From Thermoanaerobaculia bacterium (GTDB lineage Bacteria > Acidobacteriota > Thermoanaerobaculia > Multivoradales > JBJKRB01), in contig JBJKRB010000150.1 of assembly GCA_046704885.1 (NCBI GenBank), positions 32,527 through 96,526 on the forward strand: a stretch of 64,000 bases of DNA, in the 5' to 3' direction. Within the stretch, counting starts at the first letter, position 1. The number at the start of each line of letters is the position of its first letter. This document shows positions 26,861 to 35,791 of the stretch, piece after piece. Made by a program: the position numbers and the translations under genes. Under the pieces are notes generated by a model. It was not told where the DNA came from. It worked only from the letters and a program-made list of their open reading frames with translations, and searched no databases.

Positions 26861-28251
26861 AGGTTGCCCGCTCCAGCCTTCGCCGCCTCGCGCGCCTTCC
26901 AGGTCTCCTCGTCGATCCGCTGCAGATCCTCTCTCGGCATCGCCTCAAGGAGCCGCCAGCCGATCTCGATCGTCTCTCCGAGAGTCCGCCGTTCCTCTCC
27001 TTGATGGATGAGCTCGCGCTCGAAGCGCTCCGCCAGCGCCAGCGCCCGCTGGTCGGCTGGCGCGAGACCCGTCTCTCCCACGACGGCGCTCATCAGCCTG
27101 GCCTCGCGCCCGCGCGCATAGATCGCGTAGAGCTGGTCCGACCAGCGCCGGTGCTCCGCAACCGTGCGCCCGGCGCCGATTCCCGAGCTCATCAGCCGGG
27201 AGAGCGAGGGAAGAACATCGATCGGAGGGAAGATCCCGCGGTGGCGCAACTCGCGGCTCAGGACCAGCTGACCTTCGGTGATGTAGCCGGTGAGATCGGG
27301 AATCGGGTGGGTGATGTCGTCATCCGGCATCGTGAGAATGGGAATCTGGGTGAGCGACCCAGCGCGCCCCGTCAAGATTCCCGCCCGTTCGAATAGGCTC
27401 GCGAGGTCCGTGTACATGTAACCCGGGTAGCCGCGACGGCCGGGAATCTCCTCGCGCGCGGTCGCGATCTCTCGTAGCGCCTCGCAGTAGTGCGTCATGT
27501 CGGCGATCACCACGAGCACGTGCAGACCCGCTTCGAAGGCCAGGAACTCCGCCTCCGACAGAGCAAAGCGCGGCGCCAGCAGGCGCTCGATGGTGGGATC
27601 ACGCGCCTCGTTCAAATAGAGCACCGAGCGTCCCAGGACGGCGCTGGTCTCGAAGCGCGCAAGGAAGTCCTCCTTCTCGCGACTGGTGATGCCAATCGCC
27701 GCGAAGACGACGGCGAACGGCTCACCATGAGGAGCCCGGGCATCGACGACGATGCGCGCCGCAAGCTCGAGCGCGGGCAGCCCCGGGCCCGAGAAGACCG
27801 GAAGCTTCTGGCCGCGGACGAGCGTGTTGAGCCCGTCGATCGCGGAGATTCCGGTTTCGATAAAGTTCGAAGGCTTTTCTCTCCGCTCAGGGTTCATCGG
27901 AGCTCCCCAGATGGGGACCAGCTCCTCTCCCACCGGCTCCGGCAAGCCATCCACGGCCCTACCGACGCCATTGAGCGATCGCCCGAGCAGCTCGCGCCCC
28001 ACCACCGCCGTGGCTGTCTCTCCGGTCAGACGAATGGTCGCGCGGTCGGGAACGAGCCCCATGGGATCCTCGAGCAGTTGAACGACCGTCACCTCCCTGC
28101 CGGCGTCGATCACCTGGCCTCGGCGCTCCGCTTGGCCCGGCGAGGAGATCTCCACCCATTCACCGAGGGCCACCCCGGCCGTATTCGCCAGGAAGAGCAG
28201 GGGGCCGGTCGCCCGCTCGGCGCCGCGGTAGAAACGGGAGACTGGAATCAT
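26857..28251 (-). CDS. atpB: V/A-type ATP synthase subunit B
   Basis: TGISAIDGLNTLVRGQKLPVFSG, PGRRGYPGYMYTDLA, DDITHPIPDLTGYITEGQ. ATG 28251 overlaps the subunit A stop. Confidence 0.95.
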   Translation of the reverse strand: MIPVSRFYRGAERATGPLLFLANTAGVALGEWVEISSPGQAERRGQVIDAGREVTVVQLLEDPMGLVPDRATIRLTGETATAVVGRELLGRSLNGVGRAVDGLPEPVGEELVPIWGAPMNPERREKPSNFIETGISAIDGLNTLVRGQKLPVFSGPGLPALELAARIVVDARAPHGEPFAVVFAAIGITSREKEDFLARFETSAVLGRSVLYLNEARDPTIERLLAPRFALSEAEFLAFEAGLHVLVVIADMTHYCEALREIATAREEIPGRRGYPGYMYTDLASLFERAGILTGRAGSLTQIPILTMPDDDITHPIPDLTGYITEGQLVLSRELRHRGIFPPIDVLPSLSRLMSSGIGAGRTVAEHRRWSDQLYAIYARGREARLMSAVVGETGLAPADQRALALAERFERELIHQGEERRTLGETIEIGWRLLEAMPREDLQRIDEETWKAREAAKAGAGNL

Positions 28252-29999
28252 CTCGCCTCTCCTCGCGGCTGACCGATCCGCGCGACCGCCGCTCGTGCTT
28301 CTCGTTCGCTTGCTTCGAGGCGATCTTCGCTCGCGTCCCGCAAGCGGGCGAGAGCGCGGCGGGGCGTTCCCAGGTCGAGCGTCTCCATCGGGACTCCGCT
28401 GGCGAGCAACTCGCCCGCCTCCCGGTGGAGAGTCATCGCCAGCGAGGCAAGGAGATGAGTCTTGGCGATCGATGAGGAAGCATCGTTGGGATCGAAGGCG
28501 TTCTGCCCCAAGACGATCTCGCGTACGAGGCTCGCCGTTTCGAGGGTCAGACGGTCGATCTCCTGCAAGGCCTCGGGACCGACGAGACCGGCGATCTCGC
28601 GAATTTCGGCATCCCGCTCGAGAAGATCCAGTACCTGTCGCCTGAGCTCTCCCCAATCCGGAGCCGCGTTCTCCTCGAACCAGGCGAGGGTTCGCGCCGT
28701 GTACAAGCTGTAACTCGTCTCCCAGTCGACGGCGGGAAACTGACGCTGGTGAGCGAGCCCTGGATCGAGCGCCCAGAGGGCGCCGGCGACCCGCAGAGAC
28801 GCCTGCGTGACGGGTTCCGAAAAGTCACCGCCCGGAGGCGAGATCGCGCTGACCAGGGTGAGGCTGCCGTGACGGCTTGGCCTCCCCAGCACCTCGACTC
28901 GCCCGGCGCGTTCATAGGCGCGTCCCAGGCGACCGGCGAGATAGGTGGGAAAGCCCTCTTCTCCAGGCATCTCCTGCAACCGGCTCGAGATCTCACGCAG
29001 GGCCTCGGCCCATCGAGAAAGGCTGTCCGCCATCACCGCAACGCGATATCCCATGTCGCGGTAGTACTCGGCGATCGTCAAACCCAGGTAGACCGACGCC
29101 TCGCGTGCCGCCACCGGCATGTTCGAGGTGTTGACGATCAAGACGGTCCGGTCCATGAGCGAGCTGCCAGTGCGCGGATCGACGAGGCCGGGAAACTCGG
29201 AGAGCACCTCGGCCATCTCGTTGCCCCGCTCTCCACAGCCGATGAAGACGATCACATCCGCCTCGGCATACTTCGCCAGAGAATGCTCGATGACCGTCTT
29301 GCCGGTTCCGAAACCGCCGGGAACCGCTACCGAGCCGCCCTCGGCAACAGGGAAGAGGAAGTCGAAGATCCGCTGCCCGGTGATCAGAGGGGGCCCTGAC
29401 GCGAGGTGCTTGGTCACCGGCCGTGCCATGCGGATCGGCCAGCGCTGTGACAGGCGCAGGGGAGCGCCGTCGGCGAGCTCCCCAATCGCGTATTCAACCG
29501 TGACCTCTCCAGCTTTCAACCGGGCGAGCGTGCCGCTCACTCCCGGCGGAACGAGGACCCGGTGAACGAAGCCCGGGCGCTCCTCGACGCTCCCCAGGAC
29601 GTCGCCCGGCATGACCTCGACGGATCCCTCGAGGGCGGGAGTAAACGACCAGGTGCGCTCGGGGTCGAGGGTCGGAGCGCTCGCCCCCGCCGCGATGAAC
29701 GGACCCGAACGCTCCGCTAAGCGCTCGAGGGGACGCCCCACTCCATCGAGCACGGAACCGAGGAGACCCGGGCCCAGATTCACGGCGAGGGATTCGCCGC
29801 TCAGCTCCACCGGCTCGCCGACCCGCAATCCCGCCGTCTCCTCGTAGACCTGAATGGTCGCCACCTCGCGCTCGACCCCCACGATCTCTCCCAGGAGCTG
29901 ACGCTCACCCACGCGCACCAGCTCGAAGAGCGAGGCACCGGACACTGGAGAAACCTCGATCAGCGCTCCACTCGCCCGCACTACGGTGGGAGAGGTCAT
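28248..29999 (-). CDS. atpA: V/A-type ATP synthase subunit A
   Basis: Walker A GGFGTGKT, GCGERGNEM, NTSNMPVAAREAS, MPGEEGFPTYL, SPPGGDFSEPVTQ. ATG 29999 overlaps the subunit F stop. Confidence 0.95.
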   Translation of the reverse strand: MTSPTVVRASGALIEVSPVSGASLFELVRVGERQLLGEIVGVEREVATIQVYEETAGLRVGEPVELSGESLAVNLGPGLLGSVLDGVGRPLERLAERSGPFIAAGASAPTLDPERTWSFTPALEGSVEVMPGDVLGSVEERPGFVHRVLVPPGVSGTLARLKAGEVTVEYAIGELADGAPLRLSQRWPIRMARPVTKHLASGPPLITGQRIFDFLFPVAEGGSVAVPGGFGTGKTVIEHSLAKYAEADVIVFIGCGERGNEMAEVLSEFPGLVDPRTGSSLMDRTVLIVNTSNMPVAAREASVYLGLTIAEYYRDMGYRVAVMADSLSRWAEALREISSRLQEMPGEEGFPTYLAGRLGRAYERAGRVEVLGRPSRHGSLTLVSAISPPGGDFSEPVTQASLRVAGALWALDPGLAHQRQFPAVDWETSYSLYTARTLAWFEENAAPDWGELRRQVLDLLERDAEIREIAGLVGPEALQEIDRLTLETASLVREIVLGQNAFDPNDASSSIAKTHLLASLAMTLHREAGELLASGVPMETLDLGTPRRALARLRDASEDRLEASEREARAAVARIGQPRGEAR

Positions 30000-30322
30000 C
30001 GCAGCCTCACCTGGTAGCCGATCGCCTGGCGCAGGAGCTCGACGATATACGCCTCCCGGGGGCCAGGGGCGCCCCAGTCGGGTCGTGGAAACGGAACGAT
30101 CATCGGCAACGTTCGGCGCGCGAGCGAACGCCGCGTCTGCCGCGGAAGGGCGTTGAAGATCTCCTCGTCGACGAGGACGACGGCGCGGCGCCCTGAGCCG
30201 ATCCACTCTCCGAGCTGGCGCGCTCCCTCGACGATCCCGGAAGCGACGCTCGTCGGCAGTCCGATGAGCGCCATCCCCGGCGCCAGCTCGGGACTGCAGA
30301 GCACCTCTACCGGAACCTTCAC
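29996..30322 (-). CDS. atpF: V/A-type ATP synthase subunit F
   Basis: 108 aa, G.AL.G motif, C-terminal LRQAIG; lies between C and A. Confidence 0.85.
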   Translation of the reverse strand: MKVPVEVLCSPELAPGMALIGLPTSVASGIVEGARQLGEWIGSGRRAVVLVDEEIFNALPRQTRRSLARRTLPMIVPFPRPDWGAPGPREAYIVELLRQAIGYQVRLR

Positions 30323-31338
30323 TCCACCGCCTCCAGCGGTGCGCTCGCCGACGCCTGGGGAACCGCCAGGGCGCGCTCCCAGATGGCGCGCGAAAGCGTG
30401 ACCACCTGGGCGCGCAATCGCAGCATGAAACGAAGAAGCGGCGCTCCCCCCAGTGGCTCTGACAACCCTTTGCGCGAGAGCTCGCGAATTCGCTCCCTGA
30501 GCACCGCTTCCTCGAACCGGCTCTCGCTCTCCCCGGTCGCGGCGAGCGCGCGGGCAAAGCTCGAACCCGCCAGCCGGGTTCTCAAGAAGGAATGCAACGT
30601 GGAGAGGTCGGGGGCCGCAACCAGCTCTGAGAGTGTTGCCTCATCGAGCCAGCGACCGCCCGGCAGGAAGAAGCGCGCCGCCTCGTCCCTCTGGCGCTGC
30701 GAGACTAGGACGATGAGGCTGCTGGCGTTGGCGAGGTCGATCGATTCCTCGACGTAGCGCAAGAACTCACCACCAATCCTGCGCCCATCCGCCAAGCCGT
30801 GGTCTCCCCAGCAGCGGTCGAGGGCGAGCTCGATGGCCAGCGGATCCGGGCGCGGGGCAGATCCTAGAGCGAGCAAGGGGGGACCGAATGCGTTGCCCCA
30901 GGCGGTCAGCTGTGTCGCGATCTCCGCCAGTGTGGAGCGGCGGGCGAGCTCTTCCAGAACCTTCTCGGGTAGCTCCGGAGTCGGTAGGGTTCCGGAGATC
31001 CGGAGCGTGGCGGGGGCCCCGGCGAGCGCCCCGCGAATCAACCGGCGCAAGCTGCGGCGATCCTCGTCGCGCAAGAAGATCGCGACCGGCGCCGGATCGA
31101 GGCGGCTCCAGGCGGCCAGCTGGCGTAGCCGGGAGCCTGCCCAGCGCCGGACGCCGCGCTCGAGACGAGCGGCAAGGCTCTCGCCTTCTCGAGCCGTTTC
31201 GAAGCCGAGCTGCGTAAGGCGCCGCTCGAGCTCTTCCAGACTTTCGAGACGTAGGAGCTCCTGCAACACTGAAACGGGAAGGAGACGGGACGTCAAGCCG
31301 GCTCCACGGACGACGAGTGCGTCCCACCGCGGCCTCAT
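30319..31338 (-). CDS. atpC: V/A-type ATP synthase subunit C (V0D/AC39)
   Basis: SRLL, ELALDR, IDLAN and FLPGG motifs; operon position. Confidence 0.8.
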   Translation of the reverse strand: MRPRWDALVVRGAGLTSRLLPVSVLQELLRLESLEELERRLTQLGFETAREGESLAARLERGVRRWAGSRLRQLAAWSRLDPAPVAIFLRDEDRRSLRRLIRGALAGAPATLRISGTLPTPELPEKVLEELARRSTLAEIATQLTAWGNAFGPPLLALGSAPRPDPLAIELALDRCWGDHGLADGRRIGGEFLRYVEESIDLANASSLIVLVSQRQRDEAARFFLPGGRWLDEATLSELVAAPDLSTLHSFLRTRLAGSSFARALAATGESESRFEEAVLRERIRELSRKGLSEPLGGAPLLRFMLRLRAQVVTLSRAIWERALAVPQASASAPLEAVE

Positions 31339-31919
31339 GGCTCCTCGCCAACCTCTCTCGCGAGCTCGATTCTCAGAGCGGGAACCATGGCCTCGAGCCG
31401 TCGCTCGAGAGAGTCGTCGACGAGCAGGGCGCCGGCGCGCGCTTCCACGGCGAGGCTGGTCGAGGACGCCCCGTCCGGCATGACTCCAATGCCATCCTCG
31501 TTTTCGATCGCCTTCTCGATCTCCGGCGCAAGCGCGGGCGAGCAGTGGATCGCGGCTGGCCGGTCCGGCGCGTAGGACAGCAATCGCGCCAACCGCGAGC
31601 GCAGCTCGTAACGCAAAAGCTCGATCGATTCGGGACCCTCGAGGCGCTCCCGCACCACTTCAAAGACGCGTTCGAAGTATCTTTCCCGCGCCGCGAGCTC
31701 GGTCGCCCGACCCTCTTGCTCAGCGGCCACGAGCCGGCGCGCCGCGTCTCGACGCAAATTGGTCTCGGTCTTCTTCAAGCGGGCCTCGAGCTCGCGCGCT
31801 ACCCGCTCCTCGGCCTCGCGAACCAGGCGCCTTGCCTCCTCGCGGGCGTCCGCCAGAATGCCTCGCGCCTGGAGCCTTGCGTCTCGGGCGACCCTCTCCA
31901 ACAATGCTTCAAGGCTCAA
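31335..31919 (-). CDS. atpE: V/A-type ATP synthase subunit E
   Basis: N-terminal coiled coil; C-terminal VDDSLERRL; operon position. Confidence 0.85.
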   Translation of the reverse strand: MSLEALLERVARDARLQARGILADAREEARRLVREAEERVARELEARLKKTETNLRRDAARRLVAAEQEGRATELAARERYFERVFEVVRERLEGPESIELLRYELRSRLARLLSYAPDRPAAIHCSPALAPEIEKAIENEDGIGVMPDGASSTSLAVEARAGALLVDDSLERRLEAMVPALRIELAREVGEEP

Positions 31920-31928
31920 TCCGAGCTC

Positions 31929-32150
31929 CTATCCCCCCGCTCGCAACATGATGAGGACCGCTACGACAAAACCGAGAATGACCATGGTCTCGGGAATCGC
32001 CACCAGGATCACCGCGGTCGCGGAGAGCTCCGGCTTCTCGGCCAGGGCCGCCGCCGTCGCCGGTCCGATGCGTGACTGCGCCCACGCGGTTGCGATCGCG
32101 GGGATCGCCACCGCCAGCGCCGCACTCAATGAAAGCCAAAGAATATCCAT
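31929..32150 (-). CDS. atpK: V/A-type ATP synthase proteolipid subunit K/c (single hairpin)
   Basis: 73 aa, two TM helices, AWAQSRIG and AIPETMVILG with the carrier Glu. Confidence 0.92.
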   Translation of the reverse strand: MDILWLSLSAALAVAIPAIATAWAQSRIGPATAAALAEKPELSATAVILVAIPETMVILGFVVAVLIMLRAGG

Positions 32151-32159
32151 TCTGTTCTC

Positions 32160-34055
32160 CTATCCAGTGATCGTCCCTTTGCCGGCGCCACCTCCGAAGG
32201 GGCGGTATTGAGTGCCGCCGGGACTGTAGAACTTTCCAAAGAATTCGACATAGTGAAGGCGAAGCGCGTGGATGGTCGGGCTGAAGATGCCCAGAGCAAA
32301 GTTGACCAGGTGGAAGAGGAGGGCGAAGATGGCGCCCACCGCCACGCTGCCCATCGAACCGATCATGCGGTTGGCGACCACCGCCAACATCACCGATGCC
32401 GTCCCAAGAGCCATGACACGAGCGTAGGAAAGAACATTTCCGACGGTGGTCAGGAGCTCGAGCGGGGCAAGCAGGCCTTCGGTCGCGACGAGGATGGGGA
32501 AGCCGATCAGGAGCGCCACGACCGCGGGTACGAAGAGAGCCCTGGGGAGCACTTCGAGCACCGCCAGCAGCGCCACCACGATGAGGATCACCATCATGAT
32601 CGCCACCCCCTTCCCCAACGCCTCCTTCCGGCTACGGTGAAGAGCGGTGAGCACACCTAGACCCAGGCCCACGAGTATGTGAACGAATCCGAGCGCTAGA
32701 GCCAGACCGAGAAAGGGAAGAACCGCCTCCGAGCGATCGAACCACAAGGGCCGCAGACCGAACCAGCGATGCCCGAGGTCTCCGAAGAGCTCTCCATAAA
32801 GGGCGCCGAAGATCAAAGTGAAGATCGCGCAAGCGCCGATCACCTCGGCAATCGACCGCCGCATGGAGCCCTCCGTCGACCCGCGGCGCAAAACAAGGGC
32901 GAAGATCACCAAGAGCGCCCCATAGCCCAAATCGCCGAGCATGAGTCCGAAGAACATGGGGAAGAACACGGCCACAAAAGGCGTGGGATCGATGCTCCCG
33001 TACCGGGGAAGAGGGAGCAGGCGGACGACGGCTTCGAAAGGCCGAAAGATCCTGGGATTCGAGAGCACCACCGGTGCGTTCTCGCTCTTCCAGCTTTCAC
33101 GCGCGAGGAGCGAGACGACGACCTCTTCACTGACCGTCTCTTTGAGGTGGCTTTCGAGCCGCGGCACGGCCTCGGTCGGGAGCCAGCCGTCGACGACGAA
33201 GGCATGCCCGGTGCGGCCGGAGGCGGCGAGCGCTTCCAGGCGCTCGCGCCGCCTCGAGACCAGCTCCCGAGCCTGCCGCAATGCGCCGCCCTTTGCTTCG
33301 GCGAGGGCGCGCCGCTCCTTCCCGAGCTTCGCGAGATCACCCTCCACCTGGGAAAGACGATCCAACATGGCGGGGATGGCGTCGGCCAGACCGCGTTCTT
33401 CATACTCCTCGGGCAGCGCCACCTCTTCGAGGCTGCTTGCCTTCAACCACGCCTCAACCCGCTGGCGTAGGCTCTCTGGGACCAAAATCAGAAGGGCGAT
33501 CTCGCCGGAGGACAGGCGGCGCCAACGAAGCTCGAAGCTGTCCCCGATCTCGGCCGCGAGGGCAGCTCGCAGCTTCTCGAGGTCCTTCTCGGCGCTCGCC
33601 CGGATGACGACCTCGAACCCGGCGGTGTTGGCCCACCTCTGTTGACTCGAGAGCACGTCGCGGAAGACGTCGAACAGATCCCGGTACTTGCGTAGGAGCT
33701 CGCGCTCCTCCTCGAGCCCGGCGATCCGCTCCGCCAGCTGGCGTGCCTTCCGGCTCGTCCGACGCGCCGTGCGCACGGCCGAGATCAGTTCCTCCTCGTC
33801 GTTGTCGCCGGCCACGCGCGCCTGTGCGGCCGAGGAGAGGCCGAGCGCCTTCATCGCCAAGTCGATGTCGTTCAGGGCTTCGGCGAGCTGGCGGCTGCGA
33901 CGCTCGTCACGAGGCGAAACGGATCTCTCGCTCAGACCGGTCCGGCGCACCGGGGCGGCGAGGTGAAGCACGGCGAGCTGCTGGATGGCCGTCAGGGTAC
34001 CCGGAAGCTCGGCTTCGGGCCCCATGATCCGCACTTTGGACATCGGCCGAATCAT
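32160..34055 (-). CDS. atpI: V/A-type ATP synthase subunit I/a
   Basis: GWLP, P.YG.IDPT, FFG.MLGD.GYG, LSYAR (essential Arg), HALRLHYVEFF.KFY. Confidence 0.95.
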   Translation of the reverse strand: MIRPMSKVRIMGPEAELPGTLTAIQQLAVLHLAAPVRRTGLSERSVSPRDERRSRQLAEALNDIDLAMKALGLSSAAQARVAGDNDEEELISAVRTARRTSRKARQLAERIAGLEEERELLRKYRDLFDVFRDVLSSQQRWANTAGFEVVIRASAEKDLEKLRAALAAEIGDSFELRWRRLSSGEIALLILVPESLRQRVEAWLKASSLEEVALPEEYEERGLADAIPAMLDRLSQVEGDLAKLGKERRALAEAKGGALRQARELVSRRRERLEALAASGRTGHAFVVDGWLPTEAVPRLESHLKETVSEEVVVSLLARESWKSENAPVVLSNPRIFRPFEAVVRLLPLPRYGSIDPTPFVAVFFPMFFGLMLGDLGYGALLVIFALVLRRGSTEGSMRRSIAEVIGACAIFTLIFGALYGELFGDLGHRWFGLRPLWFDRSEAVLPFLGLALALGFVHILVGLGLGVLTALHRSRKEALGKGVAIMMVILIVVALLAVLEVLPRALFVPAVVALLIGFPILVATEGLLAPLELLTTVGNVLSYARVMALGTASVMLAVVANRMIGSMGSVAVGAIFALLFHLVNFALGIFSPTIHALRLHYVEFFGKFYSPGGTQYRPFGGGAGKGTITG

Positions 34056-34453
34056 CGCGGCTTCCCTCGCGCCAGACGCTCCAGGATCTCCCTCGCGAGG
34101 CGCTGGATCCTCTCTTCGGGGACTTCATCAAACCGCTTCACCCGCGCCCGCGCTCGAGCTTGGAAAGACGCTGTGGTGGCGGCAACCTCGTCTTCGATTC
34201 GTGCTTCGAGCTCGCGCTCTCGCCGCGCCAGTTCCTCGCCTAGGCCCCGCCCCCGCGCCTCAGCCTCCCGCCGCGCCGCTTCCACCCTCTCAGCGGCTCG
34301 GGTCCGAGCCGCGGCCAAGAAGACCTTCAGCTTCGACTCGAGATCGATCAATCGATCGAGGTCGCTTCCCGGCCGGTCTCTCTCTTCGCGGGTGCTCGAA
34401 GGATCGGTGGACACCGGTGTGACTCCCTGGACTTGGAGCGAGCGGCTGGGCAT
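34052..34453 (-). CDS. V/A-type ATP synthase peripheral stalk subunit G/H
   Basis: Charged coiled coil; first gene of the operon; overlaps the subunit I start. Start uncertain. Confidence 0.65.
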   Translation of the reverse strand: MPSRSLQVQGVTPVSTDPSSTREERDRPGSDLDRLIDLESKLKVFLAAARTRAAERVEAARREAEARGRGLGEELARRERELEARIEDEVAATTASFQARARARVKRFDEVPEERIQRLAREILERLARGKPR

Positions 34454-34543
34454 ACAGCCGCCGGCGTCGGACTTGAAAAGAGCCTCGCATAGGAACTAAC
34501 GTTTTCCGCCACCCTCGAAGGCAGGCGCCGTCCGTGCGGGCAG

Positions 34544-34559
34544 CTACCCGTTTGGGTAG
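34544..34559. promoter_or_regulatory. palindromic putative transcription-factor site CTACCC-GTTT-GGGTAG
   Basis: Perfect 6-4-6 inverted repeat in the divergent ATPase/hydrogenase intergenic region; related copies at 63661 and 63746. Confidence 0.5.
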
Positions 34560-34666
34560 GGCGGCTCCCCGCCCCGCGGCGGGCGCCATCGCCACCCTGC
34601 CGGATATCGCGCCCCATCGGTAGCGGAGGAAACATTCCTTCAAATAGCTCTCGTGGAGGAGAACTT

Positions 34667-35791
34667 ATGAGACGAGATGAGAATTGGCTAGCAGCTGAGC
34701 TAGAACGGCGCGGCGTGTCGCGCCGTGATTTTCTGGGCTTTTGCGGCGTGATGGCTTCCGTCCTCGCCCTGCCCGCGTCCGCCGGGGCGAAGATCGCCTC
34801 GGCAGTGTTGAAAAAGGAGAAGCCGGTGCTGGTCTGGCTCGAATTTCAGGACTGCGCCGGCAACACGGAGTCGTTCCTGCGTGCCGGCCGCCCCACCACC
34901 GCCGACATCATCCTCGACATTCTCTCCGTGGACTACCACGAAACGATCATGGCGGCAGCCGGGCACCAGGCGGAGCAAGCCCTGGCTCAGACGATCGAAA
35001 AGAACAAAGGCAAGTACATCGCCGTGGTCGAAGGATCAATCCCCACCGGGGCGAACGGGGCCTACTGCACGATCGGCGGCCGCTCGGCGCTTTCCATCGC
35101 CCGCGAGGTCTGCGGCGGCGCCATGGCCACCGTCGCCATCGGCACCTGCGCCGCGTTCGGGGGCATTCCCGCGGCGGCGCCCAATCCGACCAGCGCGCTG
35201 AGCGTCGGTGACGCGGTTCCAGGCATCAACAAGCTGATCAATCTGCCGGCCTGTCCGGCCAACGCGGCGAACATCGCGGCCTTGATCGTCTACTTCTTGA
35301 CCTACAATCGCTGGCCGCCTCTCGACCAGTATCGCCGTCCCCTGTTCGCCTACGGCAAGGCGATCCACGACAGTTGCGAGCGTCGCGCCCATTATGACGC
35401 TGGCCAATATGTTGAGGAGTGGGGCGACGAAGGCCACCGCACCGGCTATTGCCTGTACAAGATGGGGTGCAAAGGTCCCGTCACCTTCCAGAACTGCCCT
35501 GACGTCGGCTGGAATCAGCACACCAACTGGCCCATCGGCTGCGGCCACCCCTGCGTGGGATGTGCCGAGCCCGACTTCTGGGACAAGATGACCCCCTTCT
35601 ACGCTCACCTCGAGGGGATTCCCGGCTTTGGCGTTCAATCCAACGTCGATCGCGTCGGCCTCTGGGCGGCGACCGGCGTCGCGGCGGCCTTCGCCGCGCA
35701 TGGCTTGATTCAAATCGGTAAGCACTGGGTGCAAGGCGGCGGCGATGACAGCGAGTCCAAGCCGACGCATCACGAAGGAGATCAGGTATGA
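34667..35791 (+). CDS. hyaA: group 1 [NiFe]-hydrogenase small subunit
   Basis: Tat motif SRRDFL, WLEFQDCAGNTES, GTCAAFGG, PACP, HDSCERR, CLYKMGCKGP, GHPCVGC, C-terminal TM anchor; GGAGGAG RBS. Confidence 0.95.
   Translation: MRRDENWLAAELERRGVSRRDFLGFCGVMASVLALPASAGAKIASAVLKKEKPVLVWLEFQDCAGNTESFLRAGRPTTADIILDILSVDYHETIMAAAGHQAEQALAQTIEKNKGKYIAVVEGSIPTGANGAYCTIGGRSALSIAREVCGGAMATVAIGTCAAFGGIPAAAPNPTSALSVGDAVPGINKLINLPACPANAANIAALIVYFLTYNRWPPLDQYRRPLFAYGKAIHDSCERRAHYDAGQYVEEWGDEGHRTGYCLYKMGCKGPVTFQNCPDVGWNQHTNWPIGCGHPCVGCAEPDFWDKMTPFYAHLEGIPGFGVQSNVDRVGLWAATGVAAAFAAHGLIQIGKHWVQGGGDDSESKPTHHEGDQV

Noticed and set aside
28252-30557. Apparent long N-terminal extensions or inteins on V-ATPase A (769 aa) and B (599 aa)
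   Set aside because: The extensions overlap upstream subunit genes. ATGA-coupled starts at 29999 and 28251 give normal lengths (583 and 464 aa), and there are no intein motifs.
31929-32150. Na+-specific ATP synthase based on Q...ET in subunit K
   Set aside because: The same Q/ET pattern occurs in the H+-coupled Thermus enzyme and the downstream Tyr is absent, so the coupling ion cannot be called.
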